Shown: piece after piece, positions 36,270-47,900 of the stretch
How positions within the stretch are numbered: the stretch's first letter is position 1
Layout of the letters: each line of letters begins with the position of its first letter
Assembly: GCF_000143415.4 (NCBI RefSeq)
Contig: NW_003314267.1
Location: 1,438,100-1,502,099 of the forward strand
DNA: 64,000 bases
Reading direction: 5' to 3'
Source of the DNA: Selaginella moellendorffii
Taxonomy: Eukaryota; Plantae; Lycopodiophyta
The notes under the pieces: generated by a model
Databases searched by the model: none
What the model was told of the DNA's origin: nothing
What the model saw: the letters and a program-made list of their open reading frames with translations, nothing else
Translations under genes and position numbers: made by a program

Positions 36270-37360
36270 AAAATGATCTACGTATTTGATCCTCCATCCC
36301 CGATGGCTCTCTTTTCAGTCTCATCTTTGACCAAACCTCAAGCTTGCTTTCGCATTGCCTTCAGTTCAATCGAAGAAAAGTTTATGAGAGAGCACGGCAA
36401 TGATTACTTGAACCAATAGACTATTCCCTACAGTCTTGATTGATCCACTTATAATCATGCCTAGGAAGGATCCACTAGTGCCATGCTAAACAGCTACGGA
36501 CCAGCCTATTTGCCACTCATAACAAACCCAGGGAAAGTTTATTTGCACCCATGGTACATGGAACAACTCATGGAACCACCGATAGGCTAACATTAATCCT
36601 GCCAACTCAAAGTGTAACCTCGAGTTGCTAATGTGCCTCACTCACGAGCCCAAGCGCAAACTCATGTAACGGAACAACTCAGTCCACCTTATTGTAAGCA
36701 ACCAAAGGGAACGACTCGAGAGACGATCCGTTGGGGTTCAAATATAGAGGGAAAGGGCCCATGAATAAGAGTGCACCCCCTTTTCCAATCGGTTAAGGGT
36801 CTTGGGATATTTGGAGTTAAGCGTCCTTGGGTTTGAATAGTACTGGGCTGGGTGACCTCCCGGGAAGTCCAAACTCAGGAGTTTACACCTATGAGCCCAA
36901 GAGCAAGCTCATATAATATAGAACAAAAAGGTAACCAAAACCTATCCCAAAGAACCAATGCGAAGTCTTTGCACCAAAACGTATACCCACTCAGATCATC
37001 GTTTTCATCTCTGTGTATGCAACGAGACTAGTTTCCCAATGAGACTAGTTGCCCAATCTCATTGGATAGTTCTCGCCGAGACTCTACCTCTGATACCAAA
37101 TGTAGCACACGTGGTTTTGACCCTTTATCCTATGGTGATTTACCATAGGATAACACCACGAAGCGGAACCTAAACCCTCTTTGTGCCACGTGACAGATGC
37201 CACGTGTCACATGCCACGTGTCCATAGGAACCCGAGGTTTAGGGCCTTGGGCCACTGAACGAAGGAACGGTGCCAAACTCCCAAGCATGGAGCCAAGGAG
37301 TGATGGAACCGGACCACGGAGCAACTCCCGAGCATACAGCCCAAGGAGCGAAGGGACAGT
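36270..37360 (-). mobile_element. LTR family C 5' LTR part + PBS + internal start
   Basis: tRNA-iMet PBS (TGGTATCAGAG on the minus strand, 37088-37098) next to LTR end at 37101; inverted homolog of about 39250-40135. Confidence 0.7.
36693..36887 (+). mobile_element. Cassandra-like solo LTR carrying a 5S rRNA internal promoter segment
   Basis: TGTAAG...TTTACA, 195 bp, 5-bp TSD cttat/cctat, absent from the homologous site at about 39710. 36815-36870 matches the 3' half of plant 5S rRNA. Confidence 0.8.
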
Positions 37361-37924
37361 CCTCTGGGGTAGTGACCAAGGACATAGTCGTGTGGTGAGG
37401 AAGTCCCAGAGGACCATGGGACTTAGTGGTCGGGCCTGTGGGCCTCGATCCAGTGGCAGTGTTGGCAAACACGGCCAGGGGCAGAAAGGCACTTGGTAGG
37501 AACTGACAAAGGGACTTTGGGGAAGGCGATTCCCCAGGTCTGTGGGCATCCTAAGGATGTGAAGGAGTGGATCTAGGATGACCACTCATGGACAGATGGC
37601 CCAGTCTTGGAGAGACGGGATGGTGATGCAAGTGGTATTGGACCACTAGTGCAGCAAAGGTGAACGAGAGCCCCCCCCCCCCCCCCTTGAGGAACACACG
37701 CTTTGGGCTTAGCCTCCCTTAGTATCAGGAGTTAGTCTCTGGGACAAGCTCGAAACTTACTAAATATGGAATGTCCTTAGAATGCGAATTTGGACACAGG
37801 ACGAACATTATTGTGTTCAGGCTGATCTCTACATTCCGTAGATATGCCAAATGAGCAAATCTAAACACTTTCCATAAATAGCATTTGGGACCGAAATGAA
37901 ACTAACACAAAGGGCATGATAGCG

Positions 37925-38684
37925 AGGGTGTTTGGCAGACACGGTAAGCTGTCATCTAGCGATATTGAGGGACCAAGCTCAATATCGCGGGGGTTCCAAA
38001 CACTAGCAAGTGCAAGCCAACATCATGAGTTTCTCATCACCGTGTCAAGTCTGCTTGACTAAATGACAACTTAGGATTTCCTTCCTTAGTGCCCTTCCGG
38101 TTTAAGTGCACATGTGATGACCAGTTTCTCAACTAGCTTAGGCAGAGATTGATAATGAGCCCAGCAATACCAACCTCCTGCCATCGTGGCAGTAAGAAAG
38201 AATATCCGAAAGGACTAGCCGACAGGTAACTTTCGATACTTGAAGTCACATTCGCGACAATGACAAAGTAGCAACCTCCTCCTTTTTTGACTTTGAAGCA
38301 AAAATTAATGTAGTTACTTGATGCTATATGGTTGTAATTGAGCAATTTGTCATAAATGTGACTTTGAGTATCGAAAGTTACCTGTCGACTAGTCTTTACA
38401 GACATTCTTTCCTTACTGCCATGATGGCAGGAGGTTGGCATTGTTAGATCCTTTATCAGTCTCCACCTAAGCTAGTTGAGAAACTGGTTAGCACATGTGC
38501 ACTTAGACCAGAAGGGCACTAAGGAAGGAAATCCTAAATTGTCATTTAGTCAAGCAAACTTGATATAGTGATGAGAAAACTCATGATATTAACTTGCACT
38601 TGCTAGTGTTGGGAACCCCCGCGATATTGAGCTTGGTCCCTCAATATCGCTAGATGACAGCTTACGGTGTCTGCCAAACACCCT
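37925..38684. mobile_element. Foldback / Tourist-like MITE with ~340-bp inverted arms
   Basis: AGGGTGTTTGGCAGACAC... and ...GTGTCTGCCAAACACCCT, with long complementary arms and a loop of about 85 bp. Confidence 0.75.
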
Positions 38685-38939
38685 NNNNNNNNNNNNNNNN
38701 NNNNNNNNNNNNNNNNNNNNNNNNNNNNNNNNNNNNNNNNNNNNNNNNNNNNNNNNNNNNNNNNNNNNNNNNNNNNNNNNNNNNNNNNNNNNNNNNNNNN
38801 NNNNNNNNNNNNNNNNNNNNNNNNNNNNNNNNNNNNNNNNNNNNNNNNNNNNNNNNNNNNNNNNNNNNNNNNNNNNNNNNNNNNNNNNNNNNNNNNNNNN
38901 NNNNNNNNNNNNNNNNNNNNNNNNNNNNNNNNNNNNNNN
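38685..38939. other. Assembly gap
   Basis: Run of N. Confidence 1.
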
Positions 38940-41900
38940 TAAAAGCCCAAAGTGTGTGTCCTCGAGGGGGGCGGGGGGGGGGGGGGTTAAGGGGGGTTTC
39001 AAATGTATATGTAGGGATAATGGGTAGGTCAGGCATGGCTGACCAACCTGAGGCATAGTTTAACTCTTACTTGCATGTCTATCCTTGTTCTACGTCCGGC
39101 TTGGGTCTAAACCCAAGTTCCATATCATACTAGTTGGTGGAGTACCCATATCCTTGCGTTAGGCTATTGGTATGCTGAAATAGTGCTAAACTCCGTTTGG
39201 CTCCGTTTTGCGTGTTGGTTTTGGCATTAGGATGTTGGATGCTCTATGCTCTTGTCCCTTCGCTCCTCAGGCTTTATGCTCGAGAATTGTTCTATGTCCC
39301 AATGCCATTGCTCCTTGGCTCTATACTTAGGAGTTTGGCACTGTTCCTTCATTTATCGCCCCAAGCCCTGAAACTTGGGTTCCACACCATTGTCCTTTGG
39401 ACATGTGGCATATGTCATGTGGCATAAGACACGTGGCACATGGTGGGTTAGGTTCTGCTTCATGGTTATCCTATGGTAAATCACCATAGGATAAAGGGTA
39501 AAAACCACGTGCACTATATTTGGTATCAAAGAGTGAGTCTTAGCAAATACTATCCAATGAAATTGGGCCACTAATCTTGTTGCATATGTAGAGATAAAAA
39601 TGATGATCCAAGTGGTTACATGTTTGGGTGCAAAGGCTTTTTATTTATTCATTGGGTATGGATTTTGGTTACTTTTTTGTACTATATTATGTGAGCTTGC
39701 TCTTGGGCTCATAAGATGGACTGAGTGAGGCACATTAGCACGAGTTTGCACTTGGGCTCGGGAGTGTGGCACATTAGCAACTCAAGGTTATGCTTTGAGT
39801 TGGCAGGATTAATGTTAGCCCATTAATGGTTCCATGAGTTGTTTCTTGTACCCTGGGTAAAAGTAAACCTCCCTTGGGTTTGCTATGAGTGGCAAATAGG
39901 CTAGTGTATAGCTGTTTAGCACGGCACTAGTGGATCCTTCTTAGGCATGATTATAAGTGAACCAATCAAGATTATAGGGATTAGTCCATTGGTTTAAGTA
40001 ATCATTGCCATGCTCTCTCATAAACTTTTCTTAGATTAGACTGAATGCAGTGCAAACACAAGCTTGAGGTTTAGTTAAAGATGAGACTGAAAAGAAAGTT
40101 ATCAGGGACAAAGGATCAAACACGTAAATCATTTTCTCTTCTTGGAGAGATGATTTGCAACGAGGTGTTAACTCATTGCTCATATTCACATCATGCAATC
40201 AAGAGTCCCTACCTTGATGCATATTAGAAGTGATGATCTTACAAGTGGTGAATCATGGGATGGATAGCGATGAAGCGCTAAACTATTTTGTTTAGGCTTG
40301 CCATTAAAAGACTTGGGTTACAATGCTCAAATCTTTTCCAAGGAACCTTGTTATTGCTCATTGAGTAGCTTGGTGTTGGATTAATTTTGAGTTTGGTCAG
40401 AAAGAGAGTGGCATGAGCTTGTCTATGTTATGAACAAAAATTAATGGTGTTGAGTGTTGTAAATTTCTATTGGTGGGGTGTCACATTTATGTTGCATTTT
40501 ATCAAATCGAGTTATGATACTCATATAAACTTTATAGTAGTGACATAAGCATTATTCATAGTGTTGCTCGATCGATGATCAAGTTATTGTGATTTTTTTA
40601 TCATATTCATGTGATAGTGAGCAATGTATTTACGAAGTTGCTTAGTTAAACAATGATCAACCCCAAAGTGGGTGATAGTGAAGCTAATCTACTTTATATA
40701 GTAGCATTTAAGTAGCTTTGACTAAGTTCTCAATGGTGATTCATTATGCTAAGCTTGAGTTAGTACATTGTTTCCTTGAGTTTGCCTATAAGGTGTTGGA
40801 AAAAGTTGTAGCATTCATTTATTATAGCTTGTCGATTAATCCATTAGCATTTAGAGTAGATTGTTGGATGGAGAAGATGTGTAGTTGAGGCATTAACATC
40901 ACTAGTACTTGTATTAGTGGAAGTGGTATTGTTATTTTGAGTGATGAGGGATTTTCCTTAGACCTTGATATGTCATTTTTCTTATTAGTGTTTTGGCTTC
41001 ACGTTGGATCTTGAAAGTGGTTGAAGAAGAGTGTTAGTGCAATGTGGATATCCGAAGATGTGGTCTTCGTGATCAAGCCTTAGATGTTCAATTTGCATTT
41101 TGCGGATGTCGGTGTTAGATGTTGGAAAATGAGCAAAGATGTTCGATGCTTAACATGCTGCTGGGTCATAAAAATTTGTGTTGAGGTGAACCTATGTAAA
41201 GTTGTAAGTAGGAGGAAGTTGGTTGAGTTTTGAAAGTTTGCATTCCTATACTGAGAGTCATTCTTTCTTTAGGATGGAAAATTTCCACAAATTTTCTCTG
41301 ACTTTTCCAATGGCTGATTTGTTGATTATTTTGCTTGAAAACCTTTCAGTTTTCTTAAGCTAGTATAAACTAGTGAAAGGGTTGGAGTTGATTTCAGTTA
41401 GCTTAGATCTTAGTAAATAGTTTGTATAATGCAGCTCAAAAGGGATGCTGACTTTTGAGGTTAAAAGCAATTGAGTTGGATAGAGTCTGGAGTTGGTGTA
41501 GAAAAGTGGCCATTACACTTTTCTAGAAAGGTGGCCCTTATGCCTTTCTTTATAGTATTTTGCTTAGTGGCAACTTGCACTTTGCATTTCATTAAACTCT
41601 ATAAGAGTAGTGAGCTCTCACTGATCTTGACTTAGTCTTGGTAGTTTTGTGCCTTGGTTGAGGATGGTGATATCCAACTTAGTTGTTTGAGGTTGAGATG
41701 TTGGTGCCCATACTATAGCTTTGTTTATGAGGAGGTTGTGTACCAATATGAGTCCATCTCATAGTCTTCACTTTAATTTTGACTAAGTGTTGATTATGCA
41801 TAACTAGCCTCTTCAAGGCATGTTTAGAGCTATTGACTAAACGTGTTGGTGAGTTTATTGTGGTAGAGTTAGATTTGAGTGGTTATTTAGTTTATGCTTG

Positions 41901-44150
41901 TCCATAAACCTTTATCTTGTACCTAGTATTACGTTTATATTGGACAAGTATATGACTTGATGACATAAGTTTAGTGTTTGGGTATTATGAAAGGCAAGTT
42001 GAAGAGTGATTGTTGGTTGCTTTGCAACTAATGATTGCTTGTAGATTTCATTAAAGACTATTGACATTTACTTCGCTCGATGATGATTTAGCAGTGATAA
42101 ACTTGCTTTACCAAATGGTGTTGTGGAGGATCGTATCATTAGACTTACATGGTTTCCATGTTAGCAAATCGATTCCTTTGTCAATGTTATTTTGGTTGTG
42201 TTTAATCCGTAGTGTTAGATTTCATTGAGTCTTGGATATGGTGAATCACTCCTTGATGATATGTTATCTATAACTGAGTTTGTTAAAGGTTGGTCTCAGA
42301 TACTAACCAAGGTATCTTTGACTTTTGTTAGCTTGGTTGCTAGAAAGGTTTTGGTGGTGATTCACTCTTGCTTTCTTTTAGCTTTGTTTTGGTGTTGATG
42401 GCATTGAAGTGATGTCTTGCCATTGACATTATTATTGTTGAGATTCAAGTGGGATGAAATGCCTTTCCATGGGATTGATATTGAGTTTCATTAATCTCAA
42501 TGTAAATAGTGTTGATGCTTGGGTTGTAGCTTTATATTATTGGAGATTCAAACACTCCAATATTGATCACCAACTCTTCCTCTTGTAGAGTTAGCATTGT
42601 CCACAACTAAATCACTTTTTAGAAAAAACTCAAAGCTCAACCTTTACTAAACAATCTCATCTAGAACACAATTAACTCAACTTGCAACCCAGCTCATTTG
42701 AATGCCTTTCCAAAGAGGAGGATTCATTGTTCATCATAAATGCTGAGTTAGGGAGTTTACCACCCATGGCTCTTCCTACACATATTCCACAACAAGGCAC
42801 TAACTTGGCATACTTCTATGATAATAGTGACATCTCCACCAAGGTATATGTCACTTCAAGCAATATTGTGAATTGAATAGCATTGTCAAGGATAATCACA
42901 AGTTTTGTGACTTCTTGTGATTGCTCACTAGTCGAGGAGTAGCATGGGTAGAGACTCTCTTGGAGGTAGACATGTCTGACTACTCCACATTCAAAGCATC
43001 TTTTCAAGGTGACTTTGATTAGTAGCAACGAATGAATCGCTTACTTATGAACTTGTTCACTTTTTGGCAAGGAGCACGGGAATTTATGCTAGAGTATGTG
43101 ATGTTGTTTAGGTCTTATTGGAAAGAGTGTGTCTAGCATAAGGTTATCACAAATGAACCTCATGGCATCATTGCATTCATCTTTAGCCTCAAGGGAAATC
43201 TCCAACCCAAGATGTTCAAGTGAGAGTTTTAAACATATCATAAGGCATTCACTATAGTAGAAACTTTAGAGTGGGATCTTTCCTAAGAGCTCAAGATTTA
43301 TATGGTAGAGGAGGCTTTTCTCCCATCTTTTGACAGGAGCTTATATGCTACTATGGTCCATTCTTCTTTAGCCGTATATAGTGATGATATAATTCCCTCA
43401 ATGATTAAGAAGGTGTTGTTGAAGCTTGCAAGATATAAGGAGATCATTTAGCAACAACAACAAATGCAAGAGAAGTTGCTTGAGTTCTAGCTCCTTGCCT
43501 ATATACTTGCCCTTATTTTATGTCTGGCTTGGGTCTAAGCCTAATTGTTGCAGCCATGGGCATCTTGAGAGAGAGAGGGAATATTTTGATTCTTGAAATA
43601 TTCCAAATGGTTGTATTAAAACCCCGCAAAAGCAAAAATATCAAGGAGTTCTACACTTTGTGTCTTAAGCTAGAGCATGGAGAGAGAGCTTAGGACATGA
43701 GCAAAGCCACAGAAAGGAGGAGGATTAAAGCGCCAAACTTTAACACAAGTTTCATACTATGTTAGCTAGTACATAAAATGGAGCTAAATAGTGTTTAACA
43801 CTACTTCAGCATACTAGGGGCCTAATATAAAGATATGGGTCTTATGCTGGTCTTATCATTGGTATATTAAATGTTTTAGAACTATTCTAATATCACTTTA
43901 TGCTTTTGTCCCTTTGCTCTCTAGGTTGTACCTTTATGAGTCATTTCGTGATCTAATTCCTTCACTCCTTGGTTGTATGCTTGGGAGTTTGGCTGTGTCC
44001 CTTTGTTTAGTGTCTAAAGGCCTTGACACTTGTTCCACTCCACTACCCTTGGCCACATATCCAAGGTGTATGGTTCTACTCCGTGATTATCCTATGGTAA
44101 ATCGTAAATCACCATAGGGTAGAGGGTGAAAATTATATATTCTACATGTT
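38940..44150 (+). mobile_element. Decayed LTR family C element (5' LTR to about 39518, PBS, internal region, degenerate 3' LTR)
   Basis: PBS-like TGGTATCAAAG at about 39521; LTR-like repeat again at about 43500-44146. The internal region shows faint minus-strand LINE-RT-like remnants. Confidence 0.55.
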
Positions 44151-44179
44151 TTAATGCAAAATTTAAACTCTGCTGACTA

Positions 44180-44987
44180 TAACATATATGGTTTTCACTA
44201 TTTATCCTATAATGATTTACTATAGGATAACCACGAAATAAAATGTTAACCTTTGGCTACATGCCAAGGGCAATGGAGTAGAATATAAGGTTTAGGGCTT
44301 TGGGCCACTAAATAAAGTGATAGAGCCAAACCCCCAAGCATGTAGCCAAGGAGCAAAGGAACTGGAATACAAAGTGACTTCTAAGCATTCAACCCAAAGA
44401 GCAAAATGACAAAAGCACAGAGCAACAAAGGAATAATCCTAGAGCATATTATATCCAATGCCAAGATTAACATGCAAAATGAAGCCAAATAAAGTCTGAC
44501 ACTATGGATAGATCCAAGCTGGATGTAAAACATGGATAAACATACAAACAAAAGCTAGACTATACCTCAGGTTAGTGGGCCATTCCTGACATACCCACTA
44601 TCTCTATTATACCCTATATTCCCTAAATAACTAATAGGACCAAAACAGGACTAACACTATAAGTGACTAATTTTTCCATTTTACTTTAGTCACTTAACCA
44701 CACTTTTGACCATTTAGAGAAGTTTTATTCACAACCTCTATAAATCTTCTTCAGAACTTGGGGAGATATTAGCCTTGTGAATGGCATTTATGCCACTTAG
44801 CCTTTGCACTTGGTCCAAGTGCTCCATGTGTTCAATCCTATGACCGACACCCAAATGTACCATTGATATATCAGCCCATTATGTTAATGCCATGCTTATT
44901 CATCTTTGTCACATTGATAGTCCAAAACCACCTGCATCACAATCCTATCTCTCAAAGATTGGGCCATCTGTCTATAAATGGTCATTC
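44180..44987 (-). mobile_element. Family C LTR remnant followed by the distal part of a family A LTR
   Basis: 44200-44420 resembles 37120-37360; 44660-44987 is the reverse complement of 35945-36269. Confidence 0.7.
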
Positions 44988-47900
44988 TGTCAGGAATCCC
45001 CCAATTCTTGCCACATTCTTGACTCTCACCGGATTCCTCACCCACAGACCATATTCCGGACTCTCGAGACACTTCCCTATTCCTGACTCTTTGATTTCCC
45101 ATATGATTCCTGATTCTTGAACCATATTCCTGATAATGATATGGCGGCTGCTCGACCTCAGTTATATTTAGGCCGTCCTCTGTAGTGCATGTGATCATGG
45201 GATGAGATTTGGATATACTATCACCATAGATCTTTGGAACCTTGGGGGATAAATGGGGATAAAATAACCATTAAGAGTTCTCTTATCAAGCAATTGCCCC
45301 TTTTCCAGTTGGCTTAAAGGGAGAGAGATAAGGTGCGCTACAGTTGGTATCAGAGAAAATGGCATGGGTTCGATTCCTATTGATTAGTGGCTATTTAAAA
45401 ATATAATATACCCTTGAGCAAGGTATATTCCTACCCCTAAATTTGAAATCGTACGTATTGGACATCCATGTGTACGTCCTTCTTTTTGCGTGGAGTATCC
45501 ACGGATGGAAATATCCACTGTAGGACTGTAGTACGGGTGGATGATTAGTTGCCTCACATGGAATAGTTGGTCTACATAATGGAAGGATTGGTAGATTAAG
45601 TGTGGAAATGGAGGTGCTGGTTCCCTTAGCTCAGTAGGGGTTGTTAGTCAATAGTCAATGAGGACATTGACATCTATGAAAGGGGGGTGAGTGTAGCGCA
45701 TGTGATCATGGGATGAGATTTGGATATACTGTCACCGTGGATCCTTGGAACCTTGGGGGATAAATGGGGATAAAATAGCCACTAAGGGCTCTCTCATCAA
45801 GCAATTGCCCCTTTTCCAGTTGGCTTAAGGGGAAAGAGATAAAGTGCGCTACAGTTCCTCGATCCAAGAGTGGTAGAGCGTCATCAACCTATAGTATATA
45901 TAGGCTAGCCTTGTTCCATTTTTCCACTATCTGAATCAACACCAGTCTAAGGCCTTTTCTTCGTCTTCACTAGCTTTTCTCTTTGTCTTTTGCATTTTCC
46001 AGTTTTGATCTTGTTAGGGATCTTGACAGTTTGATTCAAATTGTGCTTTTTGCTTTTGCTTTAGCTCGTTTGATTGTTTGATTGCATTTGCCTTTTTCCC
46101 CCTTTTCTTTCTTCTTTGCTGATGGAGTCTCCAAGCCATCCTAATTTCTTGGCTAAAGTCCTTGCAAAAATCCAGTATAAGAATACCAAGTTGAAGGTGG
46201 CCCTTCTTCACATCCAATAGGAGCTTGCTTCACTTTTGGCTCAAGGATCAAGTAGAGTTCCTGAACCGAAGGTGAGTTTCTCGACGAAGTTCTTAGGCAA
46301 GTGTTTAGAGCTTCGCGGATTCTTGAACTAGATGGAGCTGATCTTCGCACTTCAACATCGGCGGTACCCCACTCCCAAGTCTCAAATCGACGCAATCAGG
46401 ATGTTGCTCTAAGGTGCAGCTTTGTCATGGTTTTCTCCTCTCTTGGAGAAGAGCATGAAAGAGGTCGTGGTTCCGAAGCTAATGGATCTTCAGTTGTTCA
46501 AAGAGAAGCTTGAAGCATGTCTTGGCGAGACGGATCAATTTTGGGCTGCCACCACAAAGATGAGACGTCTCTCTCAAGGGTCTTATCCTGCCTCAATCTA
46601 TGCTGCGGAGTTCCAACTCCTTGCCTTGGACACTCAATGGGATGAGCTGGCCCTGATTGATCAATTTCGCTTCACCCTTAACAACGGTGTCAAGGATTTG
46701 TTGCTAACCATGGAGGATCCCACGGACCTATTGCATGCCATCAACAAAGCTGTTCGATGCAACAATTGTCTCTTTGAACATCATTAGGAAAGTCGCCGTG
46801 CCACTGTTTTCCGTCCTAGACTCAGAAATCCCAGCTTGAGTCTTTGGGGCATACTTCTGAACCTACTGCTTCAGTTCCGATGGATATTTCTGGTACTCCC
46901 TGACTCATCAGAGGGAAGTTGAGTCCTACTGAGAAGCAACGTCGAGTATCTCAGAATCTTTGCCTCTACTGTGCTGATCCTAATCATAAAGTAGTTGTGT
47001 GTCCCAAGAAGCCTCCCCAACTGCTTGAGTTTACTCTGCCTCAAGGTCCACCTCTGTTGCAGTCGGGAAAAGACCATGTCAAAAAAAAGTAGGACCTATC
47101 TGTTTGGACTCCCCAAATAAAAATCACTTTGTTCTTTATCAAGCTCCTCACCACCTTTCATCAAAGCTACCACCAATTCCCACAACTTCCGCATCCCATA
47201 TCTCCTTTCTTTCACCGGATAATTAGGACTCAAGGCTCTGGCACTACTGGACTCAGATGCAACTTCTTGCTTCATGGATATGAACTTTGCTGCTTGACAT
47301 CACGTTCCTCTTTCTCCTACCATATGGGATCTAAGGGTTGAAGGCATCGGCAGGCATTTTGTGTCTCCATCTTTTAGACTTAGGGAAATGTTGCCTATTC
47401 GAGTACACATTAGGTCCACCGTCACTGATATCGCCTTCAACATCATCAACAGCAAGTCCTCCTTTATGGTGTTTGGCCTTCTTTGGTTCCAACTGCACCA
47501 GCCTCAAATCTATTAGAAGGAATTATAGTTCGTCTCTCCCACATCACCATCTCCCACGTCTTCCCTTACTGTTCATCGAATCCAAATCAGGAAAAGTTCC
47601 CTAAACTCAAATTGGGATTTTGTTCTTGAATCTACGAAGTTTTCACCCTCTTTGCTCCCTATCCCTCAATCTTCTTTTCCCTCTCTTCCATCTTACACTG
47701 GACAATATCCTCGTCCCATCATTCCATTCACCTGTACTATCTCCACAATCACTATGAAAGAACTCCTTTATGAAAAACTTGTTTTCCTTTTTGCTTTGCA
47801 TGTTTCTCCTGTCAGTCAACCTGAGAAGTATCATGATTTTGGCAATGTGTTTGACAAAAAAAAAGCTAGTGTACTACCTGTTTATCGGCCTTATGACTGT

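Noticed and set aside
36815-36870. 5S rRNA gene
   Set aside because: Only the 3' half is present, inside a TG..CA insert with TSD.
38685-38939. Contig mis-orientation as the cause of the split transposon
   Set aside because: Both breakpoints lie in continuous sequence kilobases away from the gap.
38589-39058. ORFs spanning the N run
   Set aside because: Gap artefacts.
40140-43500. Separate LINE element
   Set aside because: Only faint, stop-ridden RT-like motif traces; too decayed to call as its own feature.
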